Origin: Eledone cirrhosa
Lineage: Eukaryota
Assembly: GCA_964016885.1 (NCBI GenBank)
Contig: OZ024746.1
Span: 9,920,001-9,984,000, forward strand
Direction of reading: 5' to 3'
Length of the DNA stretch: 64,000 nt
This document shows, in pieces, positions 25,312-37,347 of this stretch (its first letter is position 1; every line of letters starts with the position of its first letter). The notes beneath the pieces were generated by a model. The model worked only from the letters and a program-made list of their open reading frames with translations. It was not told the origin of the DNA and made no database searches. A program made the translations under genes and the position numbers.

Positions 25312-25766
25312 TGATTGGCAGAACCTTTAGAACATTGAACAAAACCCCTTGTGCTATTTAGTTACTTTCCTTTTTAATTTGATTTCAAGTCTCATCAAGA
25401 TCAACTTTGCCTTTCATCCTTCTGCGGGTTAATAAAATAAAGTACCAATCATGTACTGGAGTCACTTTAATTGACGTATCCCCAAACATTTGTGGCCTTG
25501 TGCCTAAATTAGAAATTAGCATTATTATTACTATCATTAATAGGGACGGGAGATTGGCAGTATCGGTAGAGCATCAGACAACATGCTTTGCGGTATATGG
25601 TTATGTCCCTTTACGTTCTGAGTTCAAATCCCACCGAGGTTAGCTTTGCCTTTTATTCTTACAGGGTCGATAAAATAAAGTTCCAGTTATGTACTGGGAT
25701 CAATGTAATCAACTTTCTCCTCTCCCCAAATTGATAGCCTTGTGCCTAAATCAGAAACAATTATTA
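25312..25766 (+). mobile_element. Two tandem Nin/Deu-like SINEs
   Basis: Two successive head + GCCTTTCATCC...GATAAAATAAAG units. Confidence 0.75.
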
Positions 25767-26400
25767 ATGGTAGTAATAGTGCTTTTATTGTGTGCTGTTA
25801 CTGTATAACCAAACCCAGCTCTGTGTACAGTGTTGATTTTGGTGGTGTTAATTCTATTGTATCAAGAGTATTATTTATATGTGTGCAGTGTCTAGTAGTG
25901 CTATGTTCTGTATGCTGTTTGTTAATGTTAATATTTCAAACTGTTTAATGGCCAGTTAGACAACACACACACACAATGATATTCTCTCTTGTATCCTTAT
26001 GTTGATTTACATAAATAAGAAGCTTTTGTTATAGAAGAGCTTAAGTCAGAAATAACAGAGCACCAGACAGTATTTAGCTTCACTTCTCAACACTTTCTGT
26101 AGAAATCCTGCCAAAGATTTTGTTTACCTTCAGGACAAGCCTGATCAAGCAGTGATTATCAAAAGTATTCCAGCCATGACCTTCCTTCCAATCATTTTAT
26201 ATAAATTGCATAACCTTAGATTACATTATTCATCCAATGTATCCTTTAAAATGGTAGATTATAATTCAATGGACGTTTGGCAGCTATTTTTAACTAGGCC
26301 CAGAAATACAGTCTTGTTCATTAGCTTACCACCATCATCACCATCTGTATCACTGTGACAATAAAACTGACAATAAAAATATATATCATTGGATATATAT

Positions 26401-29400
26401 CATCATCATCATCATCATCATCATTTTACGTCCGCTTTTCCCTGCTTGCAAGGGTGGGACGGGTCTTATTCAGCACAGCATCTTTCCACTCGTCACGGTC
26501 CCTCGTCATCTCCACCGTGAGCTTCAATGATCTGAGGTCTGTTCTCACCACCTCCGCCCATGTTTTTCGTGGTCTACCTCTACCACGTCTTCCTTCAACT
26601 GGCATTTCCTGGCACTTCTTCACCCATCGGTCATCCTCCATGCGCATCACATGTCCATACCACCTCAGTCTCCTCTCCCGTACACTACATTCTATCCCTC
26701 TCAGACACAGTTTCTCTCTCAACACATTTATGCTGGGTCGTTCACGCACATTTACACTGCACATCCAACGGAGCTTGCTTGCCTCATTTCTCTCCAGCCG
26801 TAGCATATCCTCTGCGGTTGCTGCCCATGTCTCACTACCATGCAGCATCATGCTCCTCACACAGGCATCATACAACCGGCCTTTCGTACGCAGGGAGAAA
26901 CCCTTCTTCATCAACAGAGGAAGCAGCTCCCTAAACTTCTTCCAACCCGTCCTTATTCTAGATACTATGGCCTCGGAACACCCTCCTCCCATGCTAATCT
27001 GATCTCCTAGGTACCGGAAGCTATCCACCACTTCTATAGCGCCCTCTCGCATTTGAAAAATGTGTCTATCAGTGCGACTTCTACTGTCTAATTTCCCTGT
27101 ACATCTACTGCATACATATTTCTCCCTACCTGTTAGTTTGCCTGCTATCCCGCTACATCTCTTGTGTACCCAGGACCTGCATTGTGTGCATTTTATAGAA
27201 TTTATGCCAGTTCCTTTTCTGCATATCGAACATGGCCATTTCCCTGACGGAATCAGGGTTTTGTCCTCTTTTCTACTCATCAACACTTTTGTCTTAGCTA
27301 GATTTACTCTCAGTCCTCTTGCTTCCAACTGCTGTTTCCATAGCCAGAATTTATTCTCTAGCTCCTCTACTGATTCTGCTATAAGAGCCAGATCGTCAGC
27401 ATAGAGAAGTTCCCATGGACAGCCAGTCTTAAACTCCTCTGTTATGGCTTGGAGGACTATAATGAACAAGAGCGGGCTGAGGACCGAACCCTGATGTACT
27501 CCTACTTGTATCTGGAATTCCTCACTAAACTCCATTCCTACCCTGACTTTACTGAGAGTACCTCTGTACAAAGTTTGCACTGTCCTCACAAGCCATTCCT
27601 CAACACCTAGCTTCCTTAGGGACCACCAGATGACAGATCGGGGTACCCTATCAAAGGCCTTCTCTAGGTCAACAAAGGCTAAGTATAGTGGCTTATTCTT
27701 CTCTAAGAACCTCTCTTGCATTTGTCTCACCAAGAAGAGGGCATCTGTTGTACTCTTCCCAGGCACAAAACCAAACTGCATCTCATCTAGTTTGACCCTT
27801 TCTCTAATTAGTTGTGCTAAAATCCTTTCTGCCACTTTCATAACCTGATCTATCAGTTTTATACCCCTATAATTGCTCCTCTCCAAAGCATCCCCTTTAC
27901 CTTTGTAGCAATTTATGAGAATACTGCTGCACCAGTCTTTGGGTATGACACCACCATATATAGCCTGATTGATGATGCGTGCAACCAGTTTAGTGCCTAC
28001 GTCCCCTGATGCCTTCAGCATCTCAGCAACTATTCCCGATGGTCCGGCCGCCTTACCATTTTTCATTTCCCTAATCGCCTCTTGGACCCTATATTCGTCA
28101 ATCTCAATAGCTGGTCCCTCTGTCGGATCTACCAAGGGTAATTTCTCTCTCTCCCATTCGTTCTCCACATTCATCAGTCTCTCATAATGACATTTCCAGG
28201 CCTCCTTTTTCTGGTCATTCGTGACACTAAGTACACCGGCATCATCCCGGACACATTTATCTCCAACAACATCCTGATTTGCATTGACACACTGCCTTGC
28301 AATGTGGAACACCGCATGCCTCTGATCTTCCCGTCGCAGAACATTGGCAAACCTCCTACTCTCTGCCTCCCTGCGTGCTAAGTACACCTGACGTCTAGCT
28401 TCTCTCTTAGTGGCTGTATATTCTTCCCTACTCCCACCCTTTTTCCAAGCCTTCCATGCTAGTCTTTTGTCTCTAATAGCCTTATCTACTGTGCTGTTCC
28501 ACCACCAGGTCACTCTCTGTCTGGTTGGAGCTCTGCTCCAGCCACAGGTTTCATCAGTAGCCTGCAGCAAGTTGTCACGTAAGAACTTCCAGTTATTATC
28601 TATGTCATACGTCTCTAAATCGTCTTCTTTTTCGTCATATACATCTTGAAGGGCTTTCCTAAATTTGTATTTTAGTGAAAGGTCTTTTAGCTTCCAGACC
28701 TTTCTTCTCCACACCTTCCTATATGTCTCATTCCATCTCTTGCTTACTGAGATATCACTAACAACTAACCTATGCTGTGGGGTACATTCTTCCCCAGGGT
28801 ATGCCTTGGTATTAGACACTATCTGCCTGTCCCGCTGCCAAACTAGCAGGAAGTCAATCTGGCTTATGTGCTCACCAGATTTGTAGGTTATTAGGTGATT
28901 GGCAGGTTTCTGGAAGTTTGTGTTGCAAATAGTCAATGTACTCGCATCACAAAATTCAAGAAGTCTCACTCCTTCTTCATTTCTTGAACCGTAACCGTGC
29001 CCACCATGTACCCCAGTGTAACCATCCTGGAGCAGTCCAACATGACCATTGAAGTCTCCTGCTAGCATAACGATGTCTCCGTCCTCTGTCATTGTGGTTG
29101 TTTGCAAAAGTTGCTCATAAAAGCAGTCTTTCTCATCTTTGCCTAGGCCTGCTTGGGGAGCATAGACCGAGATGATTGTCAGTAGTCTCCTACCTACAAC
29201 TAATCTAAGCTTAATTATTCGATTACTAACTCGAACTACCTCTATTGTCTTATTGATCCATTTCTCAGCCAGGAAAATGCCTACTTCCCCTAACCCATCA
29301 TCCTTACCTACCCAGAATAGCTTATAGCTAAGACGCTTGCCTACGACTAGTCTCGCAGAGACACCTCTCCATCTCACCTCTTGCACGCAGCACACATCCA

Positions 29401-29429
29401 CATGCCTTCTCTCCAGCATCTCCAGCATC
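26401..29429 (-). mobile_element. RTE-clade LINE, family B, near full-length
   Basis: Single EN-RT ORF whose stop codon runs directly into the (GAT)n tail; TA runs on both sides. Confidence 0.95.
26426..29428 (-). CDS. RTE ORF: APE endonuclease + reverse transcriptase + PHD-like finger (1000 aa, no internal stops)
   Basis: APE motifs VQEVRW, SVYAPQ, AGDFNGHVG, SQIDF, PQHRLV; RT motif YADD. The first APE motif (TxNV-like) is absent, so the element is slightly 5'-truncated. Confidence 0.92.
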   Translation of the reverse strand: MLEMLERRHVDVCCVQEVRWRGVSARLVVGKRLSYKLFWVGKDDGLGEVGIFLAEKWINKTIEVVRVSNRIIKLRLVVGRRLLTIISVYAPQAGLGKDEKDCFYEQLLQTTTMTEDGDIVMLAGDFNGHVGLLQDGYTGVHGGHGYGSRNEEGVRLLEFCDASTLTICNTNFQKPANHLITYKSGEHISQIDFLLVWQRDRQIVSNTKAYPGEECTPQHRLVVSDISVSKRWNETYRKVWRRKVWKLKDLSLKYKFRKALQDVYDEKEDDLETYDIDNNWKFLRDNLLQATDETCGWSRAPTRQRVTWWWNSTVDKAIRDKRLAWKAWKKGGSREEYTATKREARRQVYLARREAESRRFANVLRREDQRHAVFHIARQCVNANQDVVGDKCVRDDAGVLSVTNDQKKEAWKCHYERLMNVENEWEREKLPLVDPTEGPAIEIDEYRVQEAIREMKNGKAAGPSGIVAEMLKASGDVGTKLVARIINQAIYGGVIPKDWCSSILINCYKGKGDALERSNYRGIKLIDQVMKVAERILAQLIRERVKLDEMQFGFVPGKSTTDALFLVRQMQERFLEKNKPLYLAFVDLEKAFDRVPRSVIWWSLRKLGVEEWLVRTVQTLYRGTLSKVRVGMEFSEEFQIQVGVHQGSVLSPLLFIIVLQAITEEFKTGCPWELLYADDLALIAESVEELENKFWLWKQQLEARGLRVNLAKTKVLMSRKEDKTLIPSGKWPCSICRKGTGINSIKCTQCRSWVHKRCSGIAGKLTGREKYVCSRCTGKLDSRSRTDRHIFQMREGAIEVVDSFRYLGDQISMGGGCSEAIVSRIRTGWKKFRELLPLLMKKGFSLRTKGRLYDACVRSMMLHGSETWAATAEDMLRLERNEASKLRWMCSVNVRERPSINVLREKLCLRGIECSVRERRLRWYGHVMRMEDDRWVKKCQEMPVEGRRGRGRPRKTWAEVVRTDLRSLKLTVEMTRDRDEWKDAVLNKTRPTLASREKRT

Positions 29430-29956
29430 TATATATATATATAAATGGCAGTGGAGACTTCTGGTGCCCTTGCCCCCCCCCCCCCCCTCCAAGATGCCAT
29501 GTAGCTAGATTGAACCTGGAACCAAATGCTTGTAAAGCAAACCTTTTATCCATTTGGCCATGATGCATACGAATATATCATTATATATATCATTACATTT
29601 GTATTGACAACTCATGCTTCCAATTCCAAATAGTTTCATGCAACTTGTTTGTGTGTGAATGTCGAATGCAGTCAAGCCAAGCATTGAGTATCTTTGCCTC
29701 AAGCAAGACTGGACATGTAAGAGGTAATCTGTGTATAAAGACACCATTTAGAAGTACTATTGATAATGAATGTCATTCTTCAGTTCTTCAGTGAAAGATA
29801 ACACATTTTTAGCAGTTTAGGTTTCAATGGAAGTACACTTCTTCTTTCATTGTTATCTCTTACTTCATTGCTTCTTCACTATTGTTCAACTATAAATACA
29901 TACATATGTGTATTTATTTATATGCATATATGTATGTATATAGATATATATATGTG

Positions 29957-29994
<38 letters not shown>

Positions 29995-30040
29995 GCTGTG
30001 TGTGTATATATATATGCAAATATATATTTATGTGTGTATG

Positions 30041-30126
<86 letters not shown>

Positions 30127-30275
30127 CCATCTTCAGAGGGGCTAAATCCACTTGGATGCTAAGATGAAAATAAGCTAAAAAGCTTTCAGTATTTATGCTT
30201 ATGCACATCGACTGATAAAGCTAATTTGTATGCAGGGCATGCATATAAATATATATATATGATTATATGATTACA

Positions 30276-31780
30276 CACGTGCAGTAATCTGGTGCGCTCT
30301 TAGAAAACTAGGAGTAGATGAATGGCTTGTGAAAGCGGTACAAGCCATGTATAGGGGAGCAGTCAGCAAAGTTAGGATTAGCAATGAGTATAGCGAGGAA
30401 TTTAGCGTACAGGTTGGGGTCCACCAGGGCTCTGTTCTTAGCCCTCTCCTGTTCATCATAGTCCTGCAGGCAATAACGGAGGAGTTTAAGACCGGATGCC
30501 CATGGGAACTCCTGTATGCTGATGACCTCGCACTCATAGCTGAATCTATGGTAGAACTAGAGAATAAATTCCAAACCTGGAAGCAGGGACTAGAGAGAAA
30601 GGGCCTCAAAGTCAACATGACAAAGACTAAGGTCCTTGTAAGTAGACGAGAAAACAGAACCCAGATCCCCTCAGGGAAATGGCCTTGCTCAGTATGTAGG
30701 AAAGGTGTAGGTAGGAACTCCATTCTCTGCCCCAAATGCAAACAATGGGTACACAAGAGATGTAGTGGGATCTCAGGAAGTTTAATTAAGAATGTAGGCT
30801 TCACATGCAGCAGCTGTGCTGAAACAGCAAGCAAACAGCCACAGGAAACAAGTACCACCAATCTCTGGGAGGGCTCTGTAGAAACAGTAGACAGCTTCTG
30901 ATACCTAGGTGACCGAATTAGCAACGGAGGTGGGTGCTCAGAAAGTACAATAACTAGGGTAAGAACGGGATGGAAGAAGTTTAGGGAACTACTACCACTG
31001 CTAGCTGCAAAAGGCTTCTCCCTCAGAATGAAAGGCAGACTGTATGATGCGTGTATCCGAACAGCGATGTTGCATGGTAGTGAGACCTGGGCGCTGAAGG
31101 TGGAAGACTTACGTAGATTAGAGAGAAACGAAGCCTGCATGCTCCGATGGATGTGTAACAGTAATATACGTGAACGACAAAGCATAAAGGAATTGAGAGA
31201 GAGACTGAGCATAAGAGGAATCAAATGCTGCGTGCAGGAGAGGCGGTTACACTGGTATGGACATGTGATGCGTATGAAGGATGACAGCTGCATAAAAAGG
31301 TGCAGAGCACTAGAAGTTGATGGAAACCGCGGAGTGGGGAGACCCAAGATGACTTGGGATGAGGTGATAAAAGCCGACCTTACCCAACTACACCTCTCAA
31401 AGACAATGACACACGACCGTGACTTCTGGCGTCACGCAGTAATACAGGGTACCCGACCTCCCATGGGTACATGCTGAAGCATATAAACAATATGCCCCCA
31501 CTCCCCCCACCGCAAGGTGGTCGTGGAGGTGCCACGGCAAAAAAGCACCCAGCCCACACTGTAAAGTGGACGTGTAGGCGCCACGAAAAAGCACCCAGCA
31601 CTCACTGTAAATGAGGTTGGTGTTAGGAAGGGCATCCAGCTGTAGAAATCAAGCCAGATGAGTTCCTGTATGAGCAAGGCATGGTCAGCCGACCAGACAC
31701 TGCCCACAACAGGACAACCCGTCTAACCCATGCTAGCGTGGAAGAACGGACGTAAAACGGTGATGATGATGATGATGATG
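30276..31780 (+). mobile_element. RTE family A, 5'-truncated copy 2 with a nonsense mutation
   Basis: Near-identical reverse complement of 1601-3105; TGC>TGA stop at 30899-30901; same 3' UTR and (GAT)n tail. Confidence 0.93.
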
Positions 31781-31815
31781 ACACATATATATATAATTAC
31801 ATATATATATATTAA

Positions 31816-32053
31816 GTGATCACATTGCTCCAGTTTACTCAGCTGTAGAAATGAGATGATAGGGACTGGGGTCCCTATCATTCTACTGCAAAGTGGTCGT
31901 GGAGGTGCCACGGCAAAAAAGCACCCAGCACTCACTGTAAATGAGGTTGGTGTTAGGAAGGGCATCCAGCTGTAGAAATCAAGCCAGAATCAGTTCCCGT
32001 CCCACCCTTGCAAGCAGGGAAAAGTGGACGTAAAATGAACTGATGATGATGAT
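31816..32053 (+). mobile_element. Same SINE family, 5'-truncated
   Basis: Reverse complement of 5379-5620; directly follows RTE-A copy 2. Confidence 0.82.
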
Positions 32054-32080
32054 AAGAACTTTAGAAAGCCAGTACAATGA

Positions 32081-32142
<62 letters not shown>

Positions 32143-32646
32143 GTGGTATTGGGATAAAGAATGACAAACAAAACAAAACATTTCAATGAGAGACTCAGTC
32201 CAGAAATAGCTGGCAAAACGGCTTGAGCTCTGCCGTCGGGGTCATACATTTTCATATATATATATATATATATATAATGTATAATAAACAATACAATATA
32301 ATTACCTCATTACCGGAGGTTTCCCGAATAAGACGAATACAAGAAACGTCCTCATTCGTTCTTCACTCCTATGACTTTTTCAATTTTCAACGGAAACTTC
32401 AATACTTATATATATATATATATATATATATTAAAATAACAGATTAAAGTTTAACCTAAGAATCGCTGCTTTCACCCTTAATGGGATCTTCTGAAACTCC
32501 CATTAAGGGTGAAAGCAGCGATTCTTTGCTTAATCTTTAATCTGTTATTTTAATAAATATTTGCTCTATGGTTCCTACATATTTGATATATATTTATCCT
32601 TATTGAGCCCTCTTTGGATTTTAGTCTTCGCATTTATTATTATTAC

Positions 32647-32681
<35 letters not shown>

Positions 32682-32809
32682 ATAGGTGTGTGTGTATTAT
32701 ACTGATGACACACTCATATAGTGTGTGTATACTTTAACTGGCCCCGCAACTGATCTAGCCATTAATATATATAGATATAAGTTTGACCAAGACATAAATG
32801 ATGCCTGTG

Positions 32810-33162
32810 CCAACAAGCTGACCTTGTAAAAGATCCAGCCAATTACGTCATCAGTCGGGACTGAATAATGAGCTTCTCATATTTATCCAGATTAAGTATA
32901 CTAGCAACAGTTAAGTCACAAGGTATTAACATTTGGTGAAACTTCATAGGTATTTGTCTCAGTCATCTTTATGTCATATTATTTGTTAATACATTCTGCT
33001 AGGATACTACCACTGAATATAAGTGATTCCAATAGCTATGAAGTTTCACCAAATTTTAATATCGCCTGACGTGATTGTTGCTAGTATATTTAATCTGGTG
33101 AAATTTGAGCCAGTTCTGGCTGATGACGTGACTGGTTGAACTTTTTACAAGGCCAACTTGTT
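32810..33162. mobile_element. Old fold-back element with ~150-bp imperfect inverted arms
   Basis: CCTTGTAAAAG/CTTTTTACAAGG, ACGTCATCAG/CTGATGACGT, CAGATTAA..TACTAGCAACA/TGTTGCTAGTA..TTAATCTG, ATTTGGTGAAACTTCATAG/CTATGAAGTTTCACCAAAT. Confidence 0.7.
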
Positions 33163-34524
33163 CACAGAAATATAATTCATGTCCTCAAGGTATTCATATT
33201 CTTATATATTCATGCTTCAAACTTTTGATACGTAATATAACTCTAAAACATTAGGTTTTATTCAGAGTTCTCTCAGTGTTGCCTTCTTTGGAATTCATTT
33301 CATTTTGATAAAATATATTGTATATATCATCATCACCGTTTTACGTTCATTCTTCCATGCTAGCATGGGTTAGAAAAGTTGTCCTTTTATGGGCAATGCT
33401 AGGTCAGGTGACCATGTTTTGTTCATACAGACCTGATTTTGAATTGGTTTCTACAGCTGGATGCCCTTCCTAACACCAACCTCATTTACAGTGAGTACTC
33501 GGTGCTTTTTGTCATGACACCTTCATGACCACTTTATAGTGTGGGCTTGGTGCTTTTTGTCATGACACCTACACAACCACTTTATAGTGAAGGCTGGGTG
33601 CTTTTTGTCATGACACCTACACAACCACTTTATAGTGAAGGCTGGGTGCTTTTTTCCGTGAATATTTTACACCAAGAAAGGTCATGTACGATTATTGTTC
33701 ATTCTATTTAAAAATAAATTTTGAAATTATCTTTCTATTCTAGGCAACTGTTAATGAAACAGAATAGGATTCTGTTCATATTGTGCTTGCTGTGTGCTAG
33801 TGAAACTTGGCTTATGAACATAAAACAATTAAACTATCTCAAAATGACAGTATAATAATTATGTTAATCTGCCTCCCACATAAATCTTATATCACATTTA
33901 AAATAAGCCAATGAGCAAGCTTTTGTATTGTCACTCAAGCACCTAGAAATCGAATTCAAATTTCCTTTCTATTACACTCTAATGTCTCCAAAAATAGAAG
34001 TACATGCATGTATGTAAAAAGTAAACAGAAATAACAAAGCAAAAGAAATATATCAGTTTAATGCTTGAGGAAGCAGGATAAAAACTTAATTTTGGACACT
34101 AGTCCTTCATCAAAAGATAGAGTTAGAAAGATAAAGAGTGGTAAGAGGAAGGAACGGGTGGGAGAAACTGAAAAAAAATGGAGAAAAAAAAACACTTGTA
34201 TATATTATATGCAGCTTGATACATATAATTAGCACATAATAATTAATATTTCACCTTTCATATATATGTTTGATGATATGCAGCTTTATTTCGGTATAGT
34301 CACAGCTAAAAGAACGGAACCAATCTATAAATATATATAGCAGATTAAACATTTTGAGTTATAAATAATATTTAATATATATTTATTTCATGATAATGGA
34401 TCATCAAATGGTAAATTGGCAGCATCATTAGAATGTCAGATAAAATGTATTACAGTAGTCATTACATCTCTCTATGACCTCTGAGTTCAAATCCTGCCAG
34501 AGTCAACTTTGCCTTTCATCATTT

Positions 34525-34790
34525 TGAACCACTATTTCTCCGAATTGAGAGATCACAGCTCCAATACTGCATACGTGTGGTTAGAATATCTCAGGAATGA
34601 ACTGCTGGACAGATTTTACAGGCACAAGCAACTAGCAGGAGACACAGTGGTAGACCCCAAGCAAGATGGTTTGATAATATCCATTGGCTCAGCTGGTCTC
34701 ACTTGGAGATGGTTGTTTCTGACAGGACCCACTGGAAAGCTTGCTTGAGGACTCTGCCACCACTGCTCTCCCAGGAACAAGAAGAAGACC
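34525..34790 (+). mobile_element. 3' fragment of a third RTE-like family nested in a Nin-like SINE
   Basis: One frame reads RIERSQLQY...SRRHSGRPQARWFDNI and ends in (AAG)n. SINE sequence stops at ~34520 and resumes at ~34788. Confidence 0.55.
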
Positions 34791-34989
34791 AGTCCAGTAC
34801 TGGGGTTGATTTATCCTCTATGTCTCTTACTTCCTCTCTGTCTCTCTCTCAGAAATTGGCTGTGCTTCAACCTGGAGAGAGGATAGACTCTGCCAGGTTT
34901 AAAGTGCTCAAGACCTACCATATCACAACAGTACCCCCTACGATTCTATCAGGAGTTATGGATCCATACATACAATATATCATCATTTA

Positions 34990-36200
34990 ACACCCTTTTT
35001 ACCCATACCGAATCAGATGTACTTATCTCTCAGACAAGTTGGGAGTGTGTTTCTTACATATGTTACTAAACTCTACAGAGTGCACAAGGTGCATTTAATC
35101 CAGGCAGCAATACTAAGGAAGTTGTCTATCAATGCTATCAACTTTTATGGCTGGTCCCTCAATTGGGTCTACATGAGATATGACCTTACTGTCCCATTTA
35201 TTCACTTTATTCAGCAGTCTCATTGTAATAGGACTTCCATGCCTCTTTCTTTTCAGTATCAGTCAGGGCAAGTGCTCCATTATCCTTTTAGACAGACTTT
35301 TCCCCAACCATGTCCTTATTTTCTCCATTAATACTGTCTTGCAATCTGGAACACTTTACATATCTGAGTCTCACAACATAGAACATGTGCAAACTTCTTT
35401 TCTGCTTCTCCCTTTGCTGAGTATATTTGTCTTCTAGCCTTTCTTCAAGCTATTTCATATTGCTCTCTATTCACTCCATTTTTCCAGTCTTTCCATTCCT
35501 TTGTTTTTTTCATCTATGGTTCTATTTACCATTCTGCTTTCATATCACTTTCCATCTTGCTGAGACTTTGCTCCAGTCTTCAACCTAGTCCATGTCTTCA
35601 ACCTAGTCCATGTCTTCAAGAAATTTCCAATTGTCCTTTATACTATAGTTCTCACACTCCTTTACCTTACTGTCATGAGCATCAAATAGGATTCCTCAGG
35701 ATTTGTTACCAGTTGAAGGTTCTTTCAGCTTCCATTTTTTTCTTCTCCAGATGGGTTCTTGTCGCCATGTGTGTCTGACCCTTATCCAAAGGTCACTGAT
35801 AACTAATTTGTGTTGGGAGGTACATTCATTCTTTCACCAGGAAAGGACATGGCATTTATTACCATTTCCCTGCCTCATTTCTTGGTGAGGATGAAGTTGA
35901 TTTGGCTTATATCTCCACCTGATTGGTAGGTAATCAGGTGGCAGGCTGCTTTTTAGATGTTTCTATCGCAAATGTGTAACAGAACTCCAGAAGCCTAGAA
36001 ACCCACCTCCTCCTTTTGTTGTACCATAACCATGGCCTCTATACACACCATGAGAGCCATAGCAGTGTCTCCCAACATGACCATTGAAGTTACCAGCTGT
36101 GATAATGAGCTCACTATCATTTATCATTGAAGTATTCTTTAAGAGTGGTCCTTTTGATAATTTGCTCATAAAAGTGGTCCTTTTGATAATTTGCAATACA
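34990..36200 (-). pseudogene. Highly decayed RTE fragment (endonuclease and linker region)
   Basis: ELIITAGNFNGHVGRHCYGSHGVYRGHGYG resembles family B AGDFNGHVG...GVHGGHGYG. Confidence 0.7.
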
Positions 36201-36406
36201 ACTTTACAATATTAATTAGAATATGTATAATAATTTTGTTGGTTTTTACATTATTTTTCATTAGAATATTTTTTATTTAATATTTTTTATAATCTATCAG
36301 AAGTCTTGCATTTATGGTTTGCTGCTACTTATATATATCTGATTATTTAAATGTTTGCAGTATTTTTTATGTTTGTTTCTAATAACTTTGAACATTATTT
36401 CCACAG

Positions 36407-36562
36407 GTTCTTACTCAAGAAGATTGGAACACCGTCCTCTATAATGGAATGGATAAAACGTCCGCATGGGCATCCCTTTATTTTATTGCACTAATGACTT
36501 TTGGAAATTATGTGCTTTTTAATCTACTTGTTGCTATTCTTGTCGAGGGATTTTCTACAGAG
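36407..36562 (+). CDS. CACNA1G/H/I-like (Cav3): Internal exon of a T-type voltage-gated calcium channel alpha-1 subunit (Cav3): domain II P-loop and IIS6
   Basis: ttattt-ccacAG|GTT...ACAGAG|GTaagg; 156 nt, phase 0-0. Translates to [52 protein letters not shown], the TQEDW selectivity-filter and [18 protein letters not shown] signature of Cav3 domain II. Too short to appear in the ORF track. Confidence 0.96.
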
Positions 36563-37300
36563 GTAAGGAGATTAATTACTTTTGTTTAATTGTATTACTT
36601 TCATGCTTGCAAAACCAGACTATGCCATGTATATATTAATAAGATAAATATAGAAGCATCATCCCACAAAATACAGTTATATTTCAAAAGTTTCTAAAAC
36701 AAGAATATGCCAAGTGTATAACTAAAACAACCATATCAATGAATATATAAATCAAACATGGTCCTATGGTTAAGAAGTTTGATTCATAGCCATGTGGCTT
36801 TAGGTTTTATCCCACTGCAGAGCTATAAGTATCGTCTTTGGATAAGGGTCCAATAAAATCCCCAAACTTATTAAAGATGGTCATCATTTTTTTCAATTTA
36901 CAGAGCAACTCCTATTTTCTGACATGTTTACATGCCTACATATTAGATATATGTATATATTTATATATATGTTGGGGCAGTTTTGGTACACACTCTGTAT
37001 TTATACAGACATAACTTTATCATACACTCATTTCAGCTGCTAGCACACTTCTTACTCTATATATATAGAAGAAACAATTGTCTGGAAGAAACAATTGTCA
37101 GCAATATAAAACAATCAAATAGTTTTATACATTTAGTATAAAACTATTTGATTGTTTTATATTTTGTATCTCGGCTCTGTAATACATTTGATAATTTACG
37201 GTGAGCCTTTTCTCTCACTAGTAATTGGCTAATACTTAGTACTACCCTCCATATTTATAATTATATATAAATCATATATAAGTATAAATATAATTATTAT

Positions 37301-37347
<47 letters not shown>

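Noticed and set aside
30271-31347. 358-aa minus-strand ORF, and similar ORFs at 2032-3147 and 26355-28886
   Set aside because: Antisense shadows of the RTE ORF; the same frame is interrupted in copy 1.
33118-33135. CTGATGA motif
   Set aside because: Part of the fold-back arm; no stem II-GAAA follows.
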